A stretch of DNA of 64,000 bases, taken from the NCBI RefSeq assembly GCF_009914755.1, contig NC_060942.1, one strand, 5' to 3'. A program made the position numbers and the translations under genes. This document shows, piece after piece, positions 27,637 through 40,908 of the stretch. Source of the DNA: the human T2T-CHM13v2.0 reference genome, Homo sapiens. Every line of letters begins with the position of its first letter. Positions within the stretch are counted from its first letter, which is position 1. Below the pieces are notes generated by a model that ran no database searches, was not told where the DNA came from, and saw only the letters and a list, made by a program, of their open reading frames with translations.

Positions 27637-27889
27637 TCGATTCAAGAAAGTAAGCACTGTGTCTAGTATCAAAATAAAAAAGTGACTAGGAGAAGAACTC
27701 TCCCTCCACACAGGCCACCGTCTTCTGGAGGCTCCTCCCTGACACACCAGGTGACAGGTTGGCACAATCTAGAGGCATTCCACCACAACAGGTGTCCCAA
27801 CTCAGTTAGCCTCTTTGTCCCTAAGGATTTCATCCCCTTTTTTCAACCACAGACACCAGAGAAACTGGGGTTACTGGTGAAAGGGACTA

Positions 27890-28360
27890 TACCACAAGTG
27901 ACTTGGCCCAGTGCCCATATCCTAATCACTGTAACTTGTGAATATGTCATTTCATGCGGTAAAAGAGACTTTGCAGATGTGATGAAAGTTGGAATAAAAG
28001 ATTATCCTGGATTGTCTAGGTAAGCTCAATATTATCACATGGCTTCTTAACACTGGAAAAGAAGGCAGAAGGGTAGGTCAGAGTGATGCAATGTGAAATG
28101 GACCTTACCTGCCATTGGTAACTTTAAAGATGGGGAAGGGTCCGTAAGACCAGGAATACACATGATCTCTAGAAGCTGCAACAGACAAGGAAAGGAATAG
28201 TACCCAAAGCCTATAAGAATGCAGCCCTGTCAACCTTGATCTTAGTCCACTGAGATATGTGAGAGACTCTTACCCTCAGAACTATAAGATAATATATTTG
28301 AGTTGCTTAACCCACGCAGTTTATGATTATTTGTAAAGGCAACAAGAGAAAATCAATACA
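27890..28360 (+). mobile_element. MLT1D-like MaLR solo LTR
   Basis: atcctaatcactgtaacttgtgaatatgt...ggtaaaagagactttgcagatgtgat...gattatcctggatt...ctctagaagctg...cagaactataagataat...aatcaataca. Confidence 0.85.
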
Positions 28361-29687
28361 CTAGGAAATCTTCTTTATCCCTGTGGGCTTTTGACTCCCC
28401 TTCTGGCCCAGAAAAACAGGGTGGCTTATGGGCATTGCCCAGAGAGTTCACCATAAAATGTGGCCCAGCCAAAGAAGCCTCTTTGCCCCCACAGACATGA
28501 GACTTTTCCCCAGAGACATGGGTGGCTAGTGAGCACTGATACAGGAGGTCCCACTCCTGCAAGTGACCTGCTTGGAAAGTCCTCTCTATCCAAGGCAGAA
28601 AGATCTCATCATAACATGCACTGAACCAGAGTAGCCTCTTCATGCCCATAGACCTGAGACTCCCTTCCTCCACTGAGAGACAGTAGGTGGCCTGGAGAAA
28701 CCCTGCCCATTCAGGCAACAGCAACAGCAACCAGTGGAAACCAAAGCAGCACCAAATAAACTAAGCAAACCAAAATAATATTGCAAGGCATCTGAAAATT
28801 AAACCATCATTTGAAATACAGCCCACAAAAGTAGGCTAGGAAATGCATGCTAAACATAAACAGTGGGGCTTCCTACTAAATATTTAAGCAGGACTCATTC
28901 TGCTATTATAATAGACAAAATGGCCAGAATACCATCCAAAATCAGAAACCAAGAAGCAAGAAATCAAAACTTCATTGGAAAAGACAATCAATTGCCAATG
29001 CTTAGATAAATTGAATGTTGGAAGTATCTGACAAGTATTTAAAATCATCAATCAGAAAAAAATGCTTCAACAATCATATAAATTTACTTGAAAAAATTCT
29101 CAGCAAAAAGTATAAATTTAAAAAAAAGGAAATAAAAATTATAGACCTAGCAAATACAATAAGCAAAACTTCCTTGATGAGTTTAATAGTAGAGTGTGGA
29201 TGAGAAATAACAGAATCAGTGAACTTGAGGACAGATCAATAGAACTCACTCAATCTAAACAGCAGAGATAATACAGACTCAAAAAAATTTAGCAGTCTCA
29301 GGAATCTATGAGAAAATAATAACAAAATAGTCAACCTTCTTATCACTGGAGTCCCAGAAAGAAATGAGAAAGAGATAGGCAAAGCAGATATAAAACCAAG
29401 ACCCAACAATACGTTGTTTACAAGAAAGCCCTTCAAATTTAATGACCTAGGTAAACTGAAAGTAAAATAATAGAAAAAAAGATACACCATGCAAACAGTT
29501 ATTTTCAAAAACAAGAACTGGGTATATTAATATCTGATAGAGTTCAGAGCAAGAGAAATGACTACAGACAAAGAAAACTATAACATAATATCACACTCAT
29601 TTTAGCAACTGATAGAGGTACAGTACAGAAAATACACAAGGATATTAAAGATCTGAAAATATAATACTCCAACAGGATCTAATTAAC

Positions 29688-29771
29688 ATATATATGATTA
29701 TATATATAATAGGTTATATATATATGATTATATATATAATAGGTTTTATATATATATATATATATATATAT
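29688..29771. repeat. (TA)n microsatellite with a duplicated ~28-bp unit
   Basis: tatatatgattatatatataataggtt twice, followed by pure (TA)n. Confidence 0.9.
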
Positions 29772-29875
29772 TCCAGTCAACAATAAGAGAGTACACATTT
29801 TTTTCAAGTACCCATAAAACATCCACAAAGTTAGACTAAATTTTTTGGGCCATAAAATAAACTTCAGTATATATA

Positions 29876-30222
29876 CCATCATGCATTGCTTACCAAGGGG
29901 GATACATTTGGAAAAATTCATCATTAGGCAATTTCATTGCTTTGTGAACATCATAGAGTGTACCAAAACAAACTTAGATGATACAGCCTACTACACACCT
30001 AGGTTATATGGTATAGCATATAGCTGCTATGCTACAAAACTGTACCACATGTTACTGTACTGAATACTGCAGGCAATTGTAACACAGTGATAAGTGTTTG
30101 TGTATTTAAACATTTCTAAACATAGAAAAGGTACAATAAAAATACAATATTGTAATCTTACAGAATCACTGCCATATATGCAATTGTCTTTGATCAAAAT
30201 ATCTTTATGTAATGCCATAGTG
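29876..30222 (+). mobile_element. Tigger3a (MER7-type) TcMar MITE, full length
   Basis: gtgaacatcatagagtgtac...gcctactacacacctagg...catgttactgtactgaatactg...aaacatagaaaaggtaca; ~347 bp with TA on both flanks. Confidence 0.9.
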
Positions 30223-30343
30223 TAAAAGAACATAAAAACCATCCAGAGAGTATTATCTAACTTAATAAAATCAAATAAGAAATCAATAACAGAATGACAG
30301 CAGGAGATCTTTAAATATCTGAAAAATAAACACAACTCTTCTA

Positions 30344-30733
<390 letters not shown>

Positions 30734-32290
30734 TCAAAATGTGTGGGGTGCATATAAAACAGTTCTGAGAAGGATATTTATAGCACTAAATGCTTGCATT
30801 ATAAACAAGGAAATGTCTCAAATTAAAAATCTAAATTACTACCTTATGGAAACTGAAATAAATAAAAAATATATAAAGGGAGCAGAAGGAAGAAATTAAT
30901 AAAGAACAGAAATAATTAACATTAAACAAGAAAAAAATAGAAAGAACCAATGAAAACAATCCGGTTTCTCAAAAAATTTAATAAAATTAGCAGACCTCTA
31001 GCAAGACTTAGAAAAATAAATATAGAAAAGACACACATTACCCTTATCAGGTTTGAAAAGGAAGCTATCACTTCAGATTCCTAAGCCATTAAAAAGATAA
31101 TAGGGGAACACTACCAAAAACTTAACACTAAAACATCTGACAAACCCTTGAAAACCACAAACTACCAAACTTGACAATCATAAATAAATAATTTGAATAA
31201 AATTTAGTTCATTATTAATAATCTCAAAAATAAATTTCCAGGTTCAGGTGGTTTCACTGGAGAATTCTAACAAACATCTAAATAAGAACTTATACCAATT
31301 CTACACATTTACTTCCATAAAATAGATGGAAAATAGGCAGAAACATTTTCCAATGCATTTTATAAAGCTATTATTACCTTCATACATAAATTAGACAAAA
31401 ACAGCACACAGTAAAAAGAAAACTGTAGACCAATATTTCTTATAAGCTTAGATGCAAAAACACTCAACAAAACTAAATACAACATGACAAAACATAAAAT
31501 ATATACAACAACCAAGTGGAATTTATTAGTCACGCAATCCTGGTTTAAAATTCAAAAATCAATTAACATAATCTACCATATCAACAATAATCATATGATC
31601 AAATTAATTAACACAGGAAGTCATTTGACAAAATACAATACCTATTTATGTGCAAACTCTCAGGAAAAATAGGCATAAAGGGAAATTGCTGCAACTTCAT
31701 AGAAATCATATGCAGAAATCCTACAGTGAACACTGTACTAAATGATCAGTCACCCCCTCTCAGCTTGGGAACATGGCAAAGATGTCTGCTCTCAGTAATC
31801 TAATTCAAGAGAGCTGGAAGTTATAACTAGCGCAATAAAGCAAGAAAAAGAAATACAAGGCATAAAGAATGGAAATGAAGAAATAAAACTTTCTGTTTTC
31901 GGATTATATGATTGTCTATGTAGCAAATCTCAAGGTGTCCAACAAACAACTTCTGGATCTAATTAGTCAGTTCAGCAAGTTGCAGGATACAGGAACGCAC
32001 AAAAATCAATTGAATTCTTATACACTAACAATGATCATGCAGAAACCAATTTAAGAAAAAACATTTAAAATTGCTCAATGACAAATAATTCATATAACAC
32101 TTAACAAAATATATACAGTATCTATATGCTGCAAATTATGAAACACAGACAAAAATAAGTCAAAGATCTAAATGAGTAGAGATGTACAAAGTTAATAGAT
32201 TGCATGTCTTACAATAGTAAAGATGTCAGTTTTGACCAAAGTGATCTATAGTTTTAATGCAATTTCCATAAAAATTCCAGCAAGGAATTT

Positions 32291-32436
32291 TCAGCCTTCT
32301 GGCCTACTACAAACTTCAAACTTGCCGTCCTTCACAATCTCATGAGCCTGTTCCTTAAAGTAAGATAAATATGTCAATAGATAGATAGATATCCATCCTA
32401 TTGTTTCTGTTTCTCTGGAGAACACTGATTAATAAA
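32291..32436 (+). mobile_element. MLT2-type (ERVL) LTR 3' fragment
   Basis: cacaatctcatgagcc...ttccttaaa...tcctattgtttctgtttctctggagaacactgattaata. Confidence 0.75.
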
Positions 32437-32575
32437 ATACCTAATTAGATAGAATTCAAGTCTGAAAGCATATCTTTTGAAATATTCAGAAAATATCTAC
32501 CATGGCGCTGGGTATTTATACATTCAATTCGCAAATTGGTATGGAAGAAGAGAGATTAATCTCAGCTTGTGAGAT

Positions 32576-32830
32576 GCAGAATCTCACGGTGAATAGGTTC
32601 ATGGGCTCTAGAGACAGATTTACTGCTATTAAATCACAGCTCCAAAATGGCTAGCTGTGTGAACCATGAGCAAGTTGCTTGATTTATCTGTACTTATTTT
32701 CTTCCTCTGTAACCTGAGATAATATGAGAACTCATCTCATATGGTTGTTGTATTAAATGAGTTAAAATATAAGGTATTTCAAATAGTGCCTGGCACAGGG
32801 AAAATACAGACGAATTTAACTAAATATTAA
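32576..32830 (+). mobile_element. MIR SINE, near full length
   Basis: gggctctagagacaga...ctagctgtgtga...gcaagttgctt...ctctgtaacctgagataat...ttaaatgagttaa...aatagtgcctggcaca. Confidence 0.8.
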
Positions 32831-33596
32831 TTTTGATTATTATAATATTCGTTAGGCAGGGCCCATTGAAGTATCCAATCCTTTAATTAAATACCTTTAC
32901 CTTCCATATCATATTCCAGAGTATTATTATATAATGTTTTGTCACAATCCCTTGTACATTTTTTAAAAGCCTCAGCACTTCAGTTGGTAGCAGTTTTTAA
33001 TATGGAAAAAAATATGCATCTGGGAGGTGAACCCTCTACAAAGATATTTGTGCCTTTCTCCGGGTAGTTTCCTAGCCAGTAATGGAATTGGGGCATAAAT
33101 AATAAATGCGGTTCTTACATTCTCTTCCAATTGTGAATTTCTTTTACTTAATAAGTAATTACTTTTAACAATAAGATTGATTTGATTTCATCTCACTAAA
33201 AATTTTAATGGTGACTACAAAAGTGTGTATGTATAATTGCAATTTTAACAGTGCTTTATAAAATACTAAGAAATATATTTCATTTTGAGAAATTACTGTA
33301 TTTTTAAAAGCACATGCATCTATAATTACAAATATACAGTGCAAAGCCAGTTTTCAAATAATAATTCTACTGTTTTTACAAGATATGGAATGATGCACTA
33401 GGTAAGGCACTCAGATACCTTCAGAACCTGAGTCCTAGATCGGGATCTTATAACTCTCTGTCTAGCTATGTGTACTTACACAAGTTCGCTCTCTTCAGTC
33501 CAATACTCCAATATGTTAGTGTCCATACTAGCATTTCTAATTTCTTCCTTACACTATTGAGCAATTTTAAACCAAAGCACTTAAGAACATTTAATA

Positions 33597-33915
<319 letters not shown>

Positions 33916-35749
33916 TTATAAACCATAATTCAAAGATAATATCTTATTTGGAATCACACTACCAAACAAAGAATCATTGATTTCTAATGTCTTACATCTA
34001 TGTGGCAACAAAACATGCCAGATGGCAAAATCCTCTTTAATCAAAATGTTGAATGTTAGTTGTAGAGCTTCACAGCGTTTCAAGTTTAGACATCATTTCA
34101 TTAAGCCAGTCATTCTAGAAGTGCTAGTTCTAAAGTTCTATGTCTTCAGGAAGATTTAGTCCCAATGTTAACACAAAAAGTTCTAAATTTATTTATTTTA
34201 CCAGTAAGTGGTAGTTTTGTTTAGGGAAGTTTCAGGAGCAGTTTGCATTCATTTGTTAATGTTGTTGCTGGATGCATTTTCTGATGTAGATTCCTCTGCC
34301 ATCATTTATTCAGTGGTGGATAATAGATAGGGAGAGAGATTGATCACAAAGTTGTAATTCAATCTGTAGATTGTGATGTTTATGATATCATCAGTATCAT
34401 GAGATTAAATTACAAGTTGCAATCTATCTTCCTTCTCTTTGCTCATTTGTTTTCCTAATATATGAGAAAAATCTCAATGTTTTGTTGGCACAGACTTAAA
34501 TATTTTTTGAAAGGAAATGTATCCTAAAGTTTCTGAAATGATGTAGGGTTGTGATGGGTAATTAATTTGATTTTTCTTTAAGATAACACACTGATAAATT
34601 AGTAAAATATAAACAAAAAACACTTGAGTATTCATTAGAGTGATTCACTTTCATTAAATTTTTTAGCGCTGTTAAAAGTACTAAGACATCTACCAATAAT
34701 AACTGTTTAACAACTCAATGTAGCTTTTCCTGATTTCTCTGCAGATATAACCAGTTGTAACTCATACTTTTCAGTTTCTTTCAAATGTGAGTCTATGCCT
34801 GTGCTCTGTCTCACTATCTAGAATTATAGATACACGGCAAAGCTCTCATGGCTCCTCGTGTGCTGATTTGTATATGGGGAAACCCACAGTTGAGGGACTT
34901 ACCCAAGATTATCTTGAATCTTCTGCCCAATCAACATGTAAGATTATTACCATGTGTAAAGGCTAACCTGGCTCATTTCTATTCAATAGTCTTTGGTAAA
35001 ATAATGCTACTCAAAATTTAATGTGCATAAAGAATTGCCAGGGGTTATTTATTTTCAAAATATATCCTGCCTCTAGAGAGATGCACAGGAATCTATATTT
35101 TTAACCAGCATATTATGTGATTCCAACATACTACCTTTAGAGACATATAACTCTAGAAATGAAGCACTTAATCCAAGTATATTACAAAGGAATGGTAGAC
35201 TTAGTTCTCAAAAATCTTCTCATCAGTTAAGTACAGAAATACAACAGAGGAAGGTAAAAATACATTGGTCTTTGGAACAAATCTAATCTCCATATTTGGA
35301 GGCTGCTCTCATGCCCCCTTGGGTCTTTTTTTCACCACAAACAATGCCCAGTGATCCTCGAACTGAGCCTTGATGTCCTCTCACACTTGCTCTCTTCTAA
35401 GTATCTCCTACATTGATGCAACATGAAAATTACAGAGTTGGATGAAATCATTAGCATCTTCCTTCATCTTAAAAGATAGTTGCCTAACTATATATTTCAT
35501 AAAGTGAAATGGTAATAACCCTAGAGAAGACTTATTTGAAGAAATGTAGAATAGAGGGAAGGACAGGGAACCCTGGGTCCAGAATTAGTCTTTAAATTCA
35601 GAGGCTGAATTTACAAGGTATATGACCCTGGGCAAATTTTTTACCTGTAAAATGAGAAAATAATAAACACTATTGTTACTTTGAGCATGAAAGTAGGAAA
35701 AAGAATATTCCTTGCACAACTGCTAATAAGCTTTAAGGTAGCATATTTC

Positions 35750-36010
35750 TCTTATCCAAAGTAAACTTTCCCCTCCCAAGTCATTCTCTGTATCATACTT
35801 CATTTTATTTTATTAATGTTTATAACTATATAAATTGATTTAATTCATTTGTTTATACCTTTATTAAATGAATTAATATGATTATTTTTCCACCTCATTA
35901 GAGATATGTTTCCCTCCAAAGGATAAGGACTTCAGCTCTCTTTGTCACTGATACATTTTCAATACAGATACATAATAGGTACCCAATAAATATATGGTGA
36001 TTGAATGAAT
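35750..36010 (+). mobile_element. L2 3' end
   Basis: ttgtcactgatacatttt...ataataggtacccaataaatatatggtgattgaatgaat (typical L2 tail). Confidence 0.65.
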
Positions 36011-36199
36011 GTTTGGCACATGGTAGTCATACAATAAGTGTTAAATTGCTTTTCAGATGAGGTTATGAAAGCACAGAAAATACTTATCTAAAAAGTACCT
36101 TGTAAGGAGTTCATTAAACGTTTTTCAGAAAATTCTGCACATCTTGCAAAGGTATAAGATAGATAAGATTAAGCAAATGGTACTTAAGCTTTTGCAGAG

Positions 36200-36655
36200 G
36201 GTGACATAGAATGCTAATTATTCCAAAAACCTGTTCTTTGTTTTTCATTAAATAGGGAGTAAATTCTGACCTTTAGCTGAACATATGACTGTTCAAAATG
36301 AACCCTCTATTCTCAGCTCCCTTTGCAGTAATCTGGGGCCATATAATAAAGCTCTGTCTAACTACATGCAACCAGAAGTGACAAGTACGAATTCTTGGAA
36401 GTGCGCCCTTGTTGGCACTCTTCCTCCTCCATGACAGTCAGAATGGAGGTGTTTGGTGAGCCCTCATGAGTCACGTGGATGAGAGCAAAACACTAGGCTG
36501 GGGGAGCAATGAGGTAGAAAACTCCTGCATTCCTGATTCCCGACAACCTTGTAGAGCAGAAACACAACAGCCTGAGAAAGAACCATCTTTCTTTCTTTAC
36601 AAAATAATTATTTGGAGTCCTCATCATATTTAGACAAACTTATATCCTGAATATA
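36200..36655 (+). mobile_element. Old MaLR LTR (MLT1I/J-like)
   Basis: attctcagctccctttgcagta...ggggccatataataaagctctg...ccagaagtga...gaggtagaaaactcctgcattcctgat. Confidence 0.55.
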
Positions 36656-36674
36656 AATGCACAACATCAGTTCT

Positions 36675-36888
36675 TCTAATGTCTTCATTTAATAGCATCA
36701 GTAGCTTCTTGGAAATTGAAACTTTAAGTGACACGACATATACTGAAACCAATTTTTTTTCTTATCAACGTGTAAGAAGATAAGTTGAAGGAGGTGATGT
36801 TATTGGAGGACCTGTTGTTTGCTTTTTCATTTACAGTTGCAGTTTTCGAGACCCAACCTATCAATAATGTTAAGTGAGGACTTACTTG
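36675..36888. mobile_element. MER82-like Tigger MITE, internally deleted
   Basis: Left end gcttcttggaaattgaaactttaagtgacacgacatata; right TIR aacctatcaataatgttaagtgaggacttact followed by TA. Confidence 0.65.
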
Positions 36889-37021
36889 TAATTTTAGCCA
36901 CTAAACACAGGGTTGGTAACATATTGCTTGTCATCCTTATACAGCTAATTTCTCTGTTTTTATTGACATATTCAAATTATCTTCTGCTAAAATAGTGATT
37001 TGATAATGTTTTTCATAGTGA

Positions 37022-37480
37022 AGTAGTGAGTGAATAGAATAGCTCCCCCCCACCCCCAAAAAAATTCAGGTCCACTCAGAACCTCAGAATGTGACTTTAT
37101 GTGGAAATAGGGTTTTTGCAAACGTAATTAAGGATCTCAAGGTGAAATTATATTTGATGTGGGGTGGGCCCTAAATCCAATGACTGATATTTTCATAAAA
37201 AGAGAGGAAGATTTACACACAGAGACACACAGAGGTGGCTCCATGAAGACGCAGGCTGAGACTGGAGTATTGTGGCCATAAGTCAAGGAACACCAGGAGT
37301 CACCAGAAGCTAAAAAGAGCAGAGGAGAGTCTTTCCAAGAGTCTTCATGGAAAGTGTGGCCCCGCTTCCATGGTGACTATTAACGTCTTGGCTTCAGTAC
37401 TCTGAGAAAATAAATTGTTTTGTTGTTTTAAGCAGCCAAATTTGGGAAATTTGTTATAATAATTCCAAAAAACTAATACA
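37022..37480 (+). mobile_element. MLT1C-like MaLR solo LTR
   Basis: gaacctcagaatgtgactttatgtggaaatagggtttttgca...gggtgggccctaaatccaatgactg...caaggaacaccaggag...aactaataca. Confidence 0.88.
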
Positions 37481-37519
37481 GGAGATAAAAATAGATTGCT
37501 GTAGTTGAAAGGCCTCTTT

Positions 37520-37998
37520 TGGCACTCAGTGTCTCATTTTCCTGGGGTCCCACCAAGAACAAAATCAATAGCACTTTAAAAGGATTAAACTGAATAAAGT
37601 TAAGATTAAGGGAGTCACCAAGGGCCAGTGATGCACCAGCAACAGGGGAAATCATTTCAGCCCTGGAACTGAAGACAGATGTGGGGACAGCGTGTCATAG
37701 TTCTGGACCCTGGTGAGATGAGGAGCCTAAGAAAAATGGCCACTGACAGGAATCACGACCTTAGAGGAATGTGTCACCACCAGAACTACCAGTGCAATAG
37801 GGAGAAATGCGGTCATAAACACCCAGAACTGTCTCCCACCCTGGGTCCTCCGCTGGTCCCTCTCCTTGGCCATTTTCAACTAAAGTCAGGGGAGATCATG
37901 TTAAACAGTCTACGGCAGTTGGCCTGTGAGGCACAGAGCAGGGCAGAAAGGGGCAGAAAAGGGATCTGGGTCCTAATTCAAATGGGCAACACTCAGCA
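37520..37998 (-). mobile_element. ERVL solo LTR (LTR33-like)
   Basis: gcacagagcagggcagaaaggggcagaaaagggatctgg is the antisense LTR33 5' end; similar to the LTRs at 53.8 kb and 59.5 kb. Confidence 0.6.
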
Positions 37999-39064
37999 AG
38001 GATTCAATGACTTGATTTGGCAGAATATGCAACCATTTGGAAGGGTAATCCCAGTACTGAGCTCCTCAAGGGAGAATATATTTAGTCATTTTAGCAAACT
38101 CAGCAACTACCACAAACTAGGCATCATAAATTTTCTTATATACATTACCTGTCTTTGGTAGCAAACATTATTTATTCCCATTATAATGACTCCAAGTTTA
38201 TATGTCATCTAAAATCTTGTCTACTCAATAGGCTATTAGGCACATGGTATATAAAATGTGACTGCCAAGTATATAGATTTGTTATGCATGTGAGGAACAC
38301 TTGTTCATCCCAGTTTGTACTCTCGGTAAATAGTGTTTGAATGCTGGCTGGATGCATAAAGATTTCTCAGATTTGTGCCTTAAACTCCTAGAGGTATTAA
38401 GAAAATATCAGGTCCAACATGCTCCTGGCCAATCTAATCTGCTGAAGAATGCTCTGTATTTTCTCTTGAGAACTGTTTTCCCAAAGCACAAAAAGACATC
38501 ATAAATGTACAATTCTTAGAGACTCAGACTTTGAGTTTTTCAAGAAAATAAAATAAGACAAGTATGAGCCCTGCTAAAGGTAAAATCCCTTATCATGAAA
38601 TTCCTCTCACCTTAGAAATAATTGATCTCTATTTTCTAGCAACGTCTCCTTCCGGATGATCAGCGAAGCGATACATGCTCTGTAGGTTTAGGTGCAGAGA
38701 ATATTAATAGAATGTATCATACGTATAATTTGAGTGGAAAATAGCACACAAAGAGAAACTTGGAGGAAATGAATTAGAAAATTGGTCACATTGAAAAGAA
38801 AGAGGGCAGCAAATTTGCTCAGAGTCATGAGACTGATTGAGCCTTGACGCCTTAGGGCATCATATTCTAGAGAATGAAGAAGCAACAGAAACATTTACAG
38901 GTAGCAGCTTCTCCTTCTCCCTTATCATGATGAGCCCAGGATGGTTGGGACAGAAAGCAGAGCAAAATTCCTTAAAGCTCGCTAGGGAAGCCGTGCCATT
39001 TGTGAAAGAATACTGAGATAAAGGACGCCTCTCAGTAGTCACCTGTGATCAAGTCACCCCCCGA

Positions 39065-40320
39065 GTTAGCACCTACCAGATGCTAAGTGCTGTGGAAAGT
39101 GGAAAGAGTGAAATTAGAGAGCATGATTCCCACTCTGAAGGGCCTCTAGTCTAAGAATGAAAAAAATAAATAGAACATTGATTAAATGTGGTTTGCTGTC
39201 ATGATAACATCTCCACGGTGCTATAGAAATAGAGGACTAACTCAGCTTCGGGAGCCTAAATAGGCTTCCAAGAAGGAATACTAGAGACAAGGTGCGTAGA
39301 CTAGTAGAGGGTGAAGGATGGATGGGGAAGGAGGGTGTGTCTAGTGAAGAAAGTAGCATGAACAAAGGCAAGGAAGTATGAAAGTGCTGGTGCTGAAAGA
39401 CAGCTCAAACAGGTCCATGGTTGTTGGTGAGGGGTGTGGCTTAGCAAGGGGCATGCTATAGTGTGGAGTGTGGCTATAATGAAAGGTGTGGCCATAGTGA
39501 GGAGTGAAAGCTTGGTAAGGGGCATGGCTATTAGTGAGGGGGTGTGGCTATATGGTGAGTTGTGGGGGTGGTTAGGGGTGTGGTAAGGGGTGAAGCTTAT
39601 TACCAGGTGTGGCTGTCAGTGAGAAGGTGTAGTTGGTGAGGGGCGTGGCTATAGTGAGGGACATGGCTGATAGCAACGGTCTTAGCTGTAATGTGGGATG
39701 TGAACCTGTAAGAGGCCATGGCTGATGGTGAGAAGTGTGGCTGTTAGTCAGAGGATGTGGCCGTATTGTGGGATGTGGTGTGGTGAGGGGCATGGCCATT
39801 AGTGGGGCTTGGCTGTAGTGAAGGGTGTGGCTGTTAGTGAAGGGGTGTGGCTATAGCGTGGGGCATGGTCGTCGTGAGGGGCATGGTTGTAGTAAGGGGT
39901 GTGGCTATTAGTGAGGGTCATAGCTACAGCTATGGACATGGTGAGGGGCGTGGCTTAGCTAGAGTTTGATAATAATGAGGGGCATGGCAACACCATGAGC
40001 ATGACCACAGTGACAAGGTTGTTTTGAATGAAAGAATATGAGGCTGAAAATAGATGGAGTATGGAATATGTAATTTATTGATTGAAATACACAGATGTCA
40101 AGCTAAACAGGTGAAATCATTCTGAAGGTAATAGAATGAGACTAGAAAGTTTGCACTTAAGAGAAGTTTCTCTAGCCACAGTATTAACAGATGAATTAAA
40201 ACAGAAGGATTGGAAGAAAAGAAAGAAATTAGAAAACTATTGAATAGTCCAGAAAAATAATATAATAGCATACACTAAGAGAGTGGGAATGGAAGGGAGA
40301 TGACAGAGCATCAAAAAGAT
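39065..40320 (-). mobile_element. L2 LINE split by a G-rich minisatellite (pieces ~39065-39417 and ~40020-40320)
   Basis: agcacctaccagatgctaagtgctgtg...tagcatgaacaaaggcaaggaagtatgaaag before the array; atgaggctgaaaatag...tttctctagccacagt...ttagaaaactattgaatagtccag after it. Confidence 0.65.
39418..40010. repeat. Degenerate G-rich minisatellite, unit ~18-20 bp (consensus ~GTGAGGGGYRTGGCTATA), ~30 copies
   Basis: Direct reading; repeated gtgagggg(t/c)(g/a)tggct(a/g)t(t)a. Confidence 0.9.
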
Positions 40321-40908
40321 ATACCAGTCAAGAGTGTTTAACTTGGCCCCACCCCGGCCCCCTTCCGTGCCTCGGGAGCCCACACTGTGGCCACATCTCT
40401 CACGTGGTCATCTATGAAGAGTTCCCCTTCTGAAATCTTTAGCTCCACTAAACCGCCTTGTGCGTAAATTATTATTCTCTAGAATCACTCCTGTTATATC
40501 ACTTCTTTGACCTCATCAAAGCCACCTACACCTTTGCTTTTTCTCTAAACTCCTGTGTTTGGTCGTTCATTTAATGCTGCCTCTATCAGCTGGCATGCGC
40601 ATCTCTCTGCAGTGCTCTTCAAGCAGTCCAAGGAGTCCAGGAGACCCATCTGCCTTCTCCATTCAAACACCCAATGTGATGAGTACTGTTGGAGAAAATC
40701 ACCATTATACTTTTCTCTGGATTTCCAAGGCCTGCATAAATACCTGTTTCCTGGTGATCTCCACCTTTAATTCACTATATCCAAAAATTAGCTCAAAAGC
40801 TGTATTAACCCCCATTCTGAAGCCTGACTCTTCTTATCTTGGTGAATAGTCATTCAGTCATCAAAGTCAGGAGCCAGGAGCCAAGCCCAATTCTTCCCTT
40901 TCTCTCAC

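Noticed and set aside
39301-39799. Pro/Thr/His-rich ORFs on the minus strand
   Set aside because: Translations of the G-rich minisatellite
39418-40010. Possible CRISPR array or interstitial telomere (one ggttaggg)
   Set aside because: Primate DNA; degenerate contiguous units without unique spacers; no (TTAGGG)n run
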